A DNA stretch of 64,000 nucleotides from a virus: IMG/VR virus record IMGVR_UViG_3300044957_000729. One strand, 5' to 3'. The notes beneath the pieces were generated by a model, which saw only the letters and a program-made list of their open reading frames with translations, searched no databases and was not told the DNA's origin. The number at the start of each line of letters is the position of its first letter. The stretch's first letter is position 1. A program made the position numbers and the translations under genes. Shown here piece after piece: positions 60,301-64,000 of this stretch.

Positions 60301-62471
60301 TTCCTATTCCTATTCCTAATCCAATAGACGGTAATCCATATATTAGGATTCCTTTACCTATGATTTGGACTATAGTTCCCCCGATACTTATACCTCTTCC
60401 TTTTAATTTGGGAATACTTGTAATTTTTATACCTTTCATCGGGGGATTTATGCCTACCCCTTTAGTTTATATCAAGGAGTTTATAACAGGTAGTTCACTT
60501 TTCTTAACCGGTATCAGAGGACCTAGATTTATACCAAGAAAATCTGATCCTAAAATAAAAGATCCATTAGAGAAAATAAAACAAGTATTATCTTTTGGAA
60601 TACCCGATAAATTGATTCCTTTACCAGGCTTCGGGCTAGATAATTTAGATTCAACCGCTAGAGTTTTGGGTGATATAAAATCTAATATTTCTAAAATATT
60701 TGATAGTGTTCCTCCTCCTGGTAACGTCCAAAAAATACGAGATCTACAAGAAAAAGAAAGAGCACTAAAAACAAGGCTAAGAGAAAAAGAGAGAGAATAT
60801 AAAAATAAATCTGCTCTTATAGATTTACCTCCACCTGACATTTCTGCAGAGACAGAAGAACTAAAAGCAATAGTAAGACAGAGGAAACATGCCCTAAAAT
60901 CGGTAATAAATGATTATCTAAACAGAAGTATCCCTGATCCTAAATCAATATATTTTCCTAAGGATAAAGACAAGCTAAAGATAGACATTCCTGGTATAAT
61001 AAAATCCCTTAGAATATTAAAGGAAATGAGAGCTAGTTTAGTCCCAGTTGATTGCCCTGATTACATAAACTTTAAGGACGAGATGAGAGAGGTGTTAAAG
61101 CTAATGAGAGTAGTTTGCCCTCCTAAGTACATAATACAAAATTTCGAAGTTGCTAATTCTAGTAAGATATTCATGAGGAAGGATAAGGATCCTAGAATTA
61201 TGTCCGATGAAGAGTTTAGTAATTTAGTAAAAGAAATAAGGGGGGCATCATTATTAATAACTAGTGTTATTCTTAGGGGTAATAAATTCTCAGTAATTAA
61301 AAAAGTTAGAGATGGTGCTTTTTCTGTAGTCGAAAGTGGAGAATTTGAAGGTGTATTTAAGTTCCCAGAAATTAAAATAACTAATTCTGCTCCTGGAGCT
61401 CTTAAATTTTTAAGAAAGAAAAATCCTATTATAGAGGCCATGAAGATAAGAATAATGGATGGCTTATCTAAGATAGATTACACTACAGAAGATTTTTCTA
61501 GATATGTTAGATATGAAGGTGAAGATCCCATTTTAATAATTAGAGTGAAAGATCTTAAAAAATTAGTTTCTAAAAAACTAGGACTGAGCAGGATAGGACC
61601 TTTTGATCCAGTTAGACCCTTAGACGAAGAAGAACCGCTTATATCAAGATTTCCTTATCCAAAAGGTCCCTTATCTTGTCTCGGTTCACTTAATGGCGGA
61701 TTTGGTAATGCTGTGGCTGCTTTTGAACTCCCAACAGTGTTTCCTCCAAAGCAAGATCAATTAACACAAATTTCTGGACTTGGCGGGACTATACAGATTA
61801 CTATTCCAGGATCTGAGATAAAATCTTTTCTTATTGAAGGCCTTACAAAAGCATTGGATGCTGGAGCATTAGAGAAACTATTACCAGAAATAAACGATGC
61901 TAATTCTCCTAAATTTTTAAATCTTGAACCTAGCGACATACAGAAGTTAAGTAAGAATCTAGTTACAAATCTGATAAATCCGGATTCCCCTGACGTTCCT
62001 CCTTTTTTAAATGTATTAAATGTTCCAGTTTTTCCACCTGCTAGACCAACAGATATGATTGAGCAGGCTTTAATAGGATTAGGTGCACCTCCTCCAGCTA
62101 GAATAGTTTATAGCTTATTTTGGGCTTATTTTAAAAGTCTTCCTAAAACTCCTTTATCTGATAAAATAGTTTTACCAGTTGTTACTGCTTCATCTGAGTT
62201 AATTTCTAAAATACCTTGGGCCCTTGCTGTACTTATTGGTAGGAATGTTCTAAACATAATAAATCCTATAGCAATGAGTGATGACCATCCAGTTTGGAGA
62301 AGAATGAGCCTTAAGAATACATACTATGTTATTTATATAGATGAATTTTTAAGAAGCGCAGCTGATGTATCTGGATTATTTAAATTTTTCTTTGGAGCTG
62401 CAGATCCAGTATATCCTGTGCCAGAACTCCCTGAAGAACTCAATAAAGCTTTTAACATAAAAAAATATTAA
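57369..62471 (+). CDS. 1700-aa hypothetical structural protein
   Basis: Intact ORF directly after gp5; acidic N-half, Cys cluster, Pro-rich hydrophobic segments. Confidence 0.7.
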   Translation: MAGSIESRIDDLLGKDFSEMTTEEILNIISGGSDFNIPYEDLQSKEGFEKELDKSQKEVNSIIESLNPQKPPIPIKDIEDLSCNYEGDDLYSRIILETLKREDIKVYNELLESDEYKGNLPVSERDLGVKIAGNRDLGFSKKIPSEGITKYLRSKNPEFLEKTNEKIFDNLDPLLLGKPSNSGSRKKRKMNVLGFEIPLQFIMNGTQIVHVKIGDGEINLDGALEKINSILKTQNSNTNPCDFKDVDENTSSERIDAFDANFYPDGDDPIIDDDCLPGIPEDPITGDPILTKSSFDETLEDFCDPPVYEFRREEVNDPEPPSVDVDAIDACVSSALDAGKKLEEDVKLLARWQMIERNLEEILYHYEAIYEYQKSLYDNWLSRVPKNEGGDPTDLQIGISILTYRDQISIYQKELIDQIQKYNDDKTIFLENNNIFTEELFLLDVYATELSDSDTEQLFNDQIDAGLSPVTYNDSTQSWPVTEAVLRFKENVEDIRSIMIEGNFISVIENKIQETQDLLDAAISTLAQRKNAPVSVEDVEKSFLPPNTATSDVYGQGNSALNINERVFKSPLQLSLTTESYAYDSYGYDFLEALKEFSVRYKTNFVKSRGELQFELSFITDYGFPLPYKKTKKPAKISFKGASSQPLSEVTEPDEEKIKIGNEHAENGGLLSDYSPEYLKSYQFLKINNIRNGFPDVAKFYDFIEKIIKKNDSKESIIEKIVEDRGILYGNLIEKSSFNWLFFTAEERGDNDARDPSKTRPASFSAEGEPTPVFTDFYSNFKTKWNAKYLENKNLYINPALQNLRTQAIRAGEGLAKTLPASDVIGIRILENYLDVKRKYEQIKEIMLISAQKIHEINETISPENVGKRFSDIKCAGANTPPAEDDRENCPPVCCGEPGSDFKTDNYLLSSPPSSDCPTMFQRCWWKQFCKDVTKVGILPYPNGLPPIEDPKYFLAQGPTIRLGFKYWPVGYLPPAFLPIPIPNPIDGNPYIRIPLPMIWTIVPPILIPLPFNLGILVIFIPFIGGFMPTPLVYIKEFITGSSLFLTGIRGPRFIPRKSDPKIKDPLEKIKQVLSFGIPDKLIPLPGFGLDNLDSTARVLGDIKSNISKIFDSVPPPGNVQKIRDLQEKERALKTRLREKEREYKNKSALIDLPPPDISAETEELKAIVRQRKHALKSVINDYLNRSIPDPKSIYFPKDKDKLKIDIPGIIKSLRILKEMRASLVPVDCPDYINFKDEMREVLKLMRVVCPPKYIIQNFEVANSSKIFMRKDKDPRIMSDEEFSNLVKEIRGASLLITSVILRGNKFSVIKKVRDGAFSVVESGEFEGVFKFPEIKITNSAPGALKFLRKKNPIIEAMKIRIMDGLSKIDYTTEDFSRYVRYEGEDPILIIRVKDLKKLVSKKLGLSRIGPFDPVRPLDEEEPLISRFPYPKGPLSCLGSLNGGFGNAVAAFELPTVFPPKQDQLTQISGLGGTIQITIPGSEIKSFLIEGLTKALDAGALEKLLPEINDANSPKFLNLEPSDIQKLSKNLVTNLINPDSPDVPPFLNVLNVPVFPPARPTDMIEQALIGLGAPPPARIVYSLFWAYFKSLPKTPLSDKIVLPVVTASSELISKIPWALAVLIGRNVLNIINPIAMSDDHPVWRRMSLKNTYYVIYIDEFLRSAADVSGLFKFFFGAADPVYPVPELPEELNKAFNIKKY

Positions 62472-62478
62472 CTTCTTG

Positions 62479-62507
62479 GAAATTTTAAGGCAATTTTACA
62501 CTACAAA
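62479..62507 (+). promoter_or_regulatory. GAAA-N19-TACAAA promoter motif
   Basis: Upstream of the S1 gene. Confidence 0.55.
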
Positions 62508-62527
62508 CAACGATAAACCAAAATAAC

Positions 62528-63637
62528 ATGAAAAACAAAAATTTTAGTTCCTTCGATTATGACACACCTGAAAGAGAAAGATTAGAAGCTATGTATAACG
62601 GAACCTTTCCGGAGGAAAATAAAAAAATAACAGGAAAGGACATACAGAACAATTCTTCTGAGCAGATAACCATAACATCTGTTGATAACGAAAGGGGTGT
62701 TTCCTTAGGAGAAACCCCCTTTGGTCAGACTATTATAATCGACACCAAGAAGGAAAAAAAAAAGATGAGAAAGCTAGGATATCCCGTCATGGAAATAAAT
62801 CCTGGACAGTCTATAGATGTTGTAATACACAAAGATTCATCCGGAGCATTTAACGGATCTATTTCTGCTGGATACGAAAAAGCACTTAAAAGAGAATTGC
62901 ACAGATCGGTCAAAGAAGAAGATTGCGCATTTAAAGTTAGAGTTAAAAATGTTTGTAACGGTGGATTCATGGTTGATCTATCTGGAATAGAGTGTTTCCT
63001 TCCAGGAAGTCTAGCTGCAGCAAACAGAATTATGAATTTTGCTGGCTATATTGGTAAAGAACTCATGATAATGGTTGAGATATATGATCAAAAAAGAGAT
63101 ATCTTTGTTGTATCGTTTAAAAAATATCTTAGAAAAATTATAGATAAGGAGGTACAGAATCTTTCATTCTCCACTAAATATCAAGGAGTTGTTATCGGAC
63201 TATCCAACAATGGAGTATTTGTTGAATGGGGCGAGATCTACACTGGTATAATTCCAATTGATGATTCTAACAGGGAGCATCTAGAAAAATATCAATCTGG
63301 GGACAATATAGAATTCTATGTGATTGATATTAAAAATCCACAAAGAATAAACTTATCTGCCATACAGCCAAATGAAAGAATGAAGAATATCCAAGAAATA
63401 AAGGATACTTCCTCCGAAGTTTTAGGAGAAAATACCGATTTGAAAATATATAAAGGAGAGGTTACTAAAATTAAAACTTTCGGGGTTTTTGTAAAAATGG
63501 AAAACGGATTAATCGGCCTTATCGAAAAGGAGAAATTAGTAAGCTCTATTAAAGAATACGAGGTTGGGCAATCGGTGGATTTCTCGATCTTAAGTGTAGA
63601 TAGTTCTACTCTTAAAATACAATTAATTGAGAAATAA
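62528..63637 (+). CDS. rpsA: Ribosomal protein bS1-like multi-S1-domain protein
   Basis: GGFMVDLSGIECFLPGS..VVSFK (bS1 D2-like); GVFVEW..GII; GEVTKIKTFGVFV..GLI..VGQSV. Confidence 0.78.
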   Translation: MKNKNFSSFDYDTPERERLEAMYNGTFPEENKKITGKDIQNNSSEQITITSVDNERGVSLGETPFGQTIIIDTKKEKKKMRKLGYPVMEINPGQSIDVVIHKDSSGAFNGSISAGYEKALKRELHRSVKEEDCAFKVRVKNVCNGGFMVDLSGIECFLPGSLAAANRIMNFAGYIGKELMIMVEIYDQKRDIFVVSFKKYLRKIIDKEVQNLSFSTKYQGVVIGLSNNGVFVEWGEIYTGIIPIDDSNREHLEKYQSGDNIEFYVIDIKNPQRINLSAIQPNERMKNIQEIKDTSSEVLGENTDLKIYKGEVTKIKTFGVFVKMENGLIGLIEKEKLVSSIKEYEVGQSVDFSILSVDSSTLKIQLIEK

Positions 63638-63640
63638 AAG

Positions 63641-64000
63641 TTGGCTAATTTACTTACTAATGATTTTTTCTACTCTACTAAGCTAGGATTTGAATTTGAG
63701 TTTTACAGCAACTTAAATAGAAATGAGATAGCAAACCAATTAGGAAAGGTATTAGGAAAAAAAGTACTTCTCTTTAAAAAATACCATTCTAGCTTAAAAC
63801 CTACTAAGGACATTTTTAAGTTAGAACCGGATTACTCAGGAGGATCCAAGATGGTTGAATTCATCACGGGCCCTCTTCCTTATTTTGAGGCTATAGTAAT
63901 TCTGATTAAAACCTTAAAATGGATAGATGAGAATGGCTACACAGATAAGAAATGTGCTTTTCAATTTGGATTAAGCGTCGACGCATCCATATATCCGGAT
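63641..64000 (+). CDS. Putative amidoligase (COOH-NH2 ligase), 3'-partial
   Basis: TTG start; KLGFEFEF, KLEPDYSG, VEFITGPL, TDKKCAFQ; open to the window end. Confidence 0.65.
   Translation, partial: MANLLTNDFFYSTKLGFEFEFYSNLNRNEIANQLGKVLGKKVLLFKKYHSSLKPTKDIFKLEPDYSGGSKMVEFITGPLPYFEAIVILIKTLKWIDENGYTDKKCAFQFGLSVDASIYPD

Noticed and set aside
13089-61939. Many short ORFs antisense to or nested within long genes
   Set aside because: Fully overlap well-supported genes and lack motifs or leaders.

Overview
AT-rich, densely coding fragment of a very large T4-like tailed phage. No rRNA, tRNA or CRISPR array was recognised by eye. From left to right: (1) the 3' part of a Ser/Thr-rich collagen-like fibre gene, three tandem paralogues, and a GT4 + AAH/TibC-type protein O-glycosyltransferase; (2) a DNA-repair trio (degenerate UvdE, NEIL1-like glycosylase, 3'-5' exonuclease) and a decayed nucleotidyltransferase; (3) the head module, with a gp21-like protease fused to a 14-aa-repeat scaffold, gp23-like major capsid protein, and many putative internal head proteins; (4) a kinase plus AsnB-like amidotransferase, a RimK-RimB-like fusion and a poly-Glu/Asp protein; (5) a ~16 kb glycan cluster (gmd, fcl, GT10, kdsD, kdsA, WbqC, many glycosyl- and methyltransferases) containing two homing-endonuclease relics; (6) a Nudix gene, baseplate genes (gp53-, gp27-, gp5-like), a 1700-aa protein, a ribosomal protein S1 homologue and the start of an amidoligase. 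Two recurring promoter motifs are visible (GATATATA and GAAA-N19-TATAAT). Leaders are A-rich without Shine-Dalgarno sites, which suggests a Bacteroidota host (inference). The strongest candidates for an undescribed system are phage-encoded virion glycosylation, a capsid-targeting-signal cargo set, and a bS1/RimK-RimB translation module. Several accessory genes carry nonsense codons and 4-5 nt tandem duplications, while structural genes are intact. All family calls come from motif recognition, not database searches.
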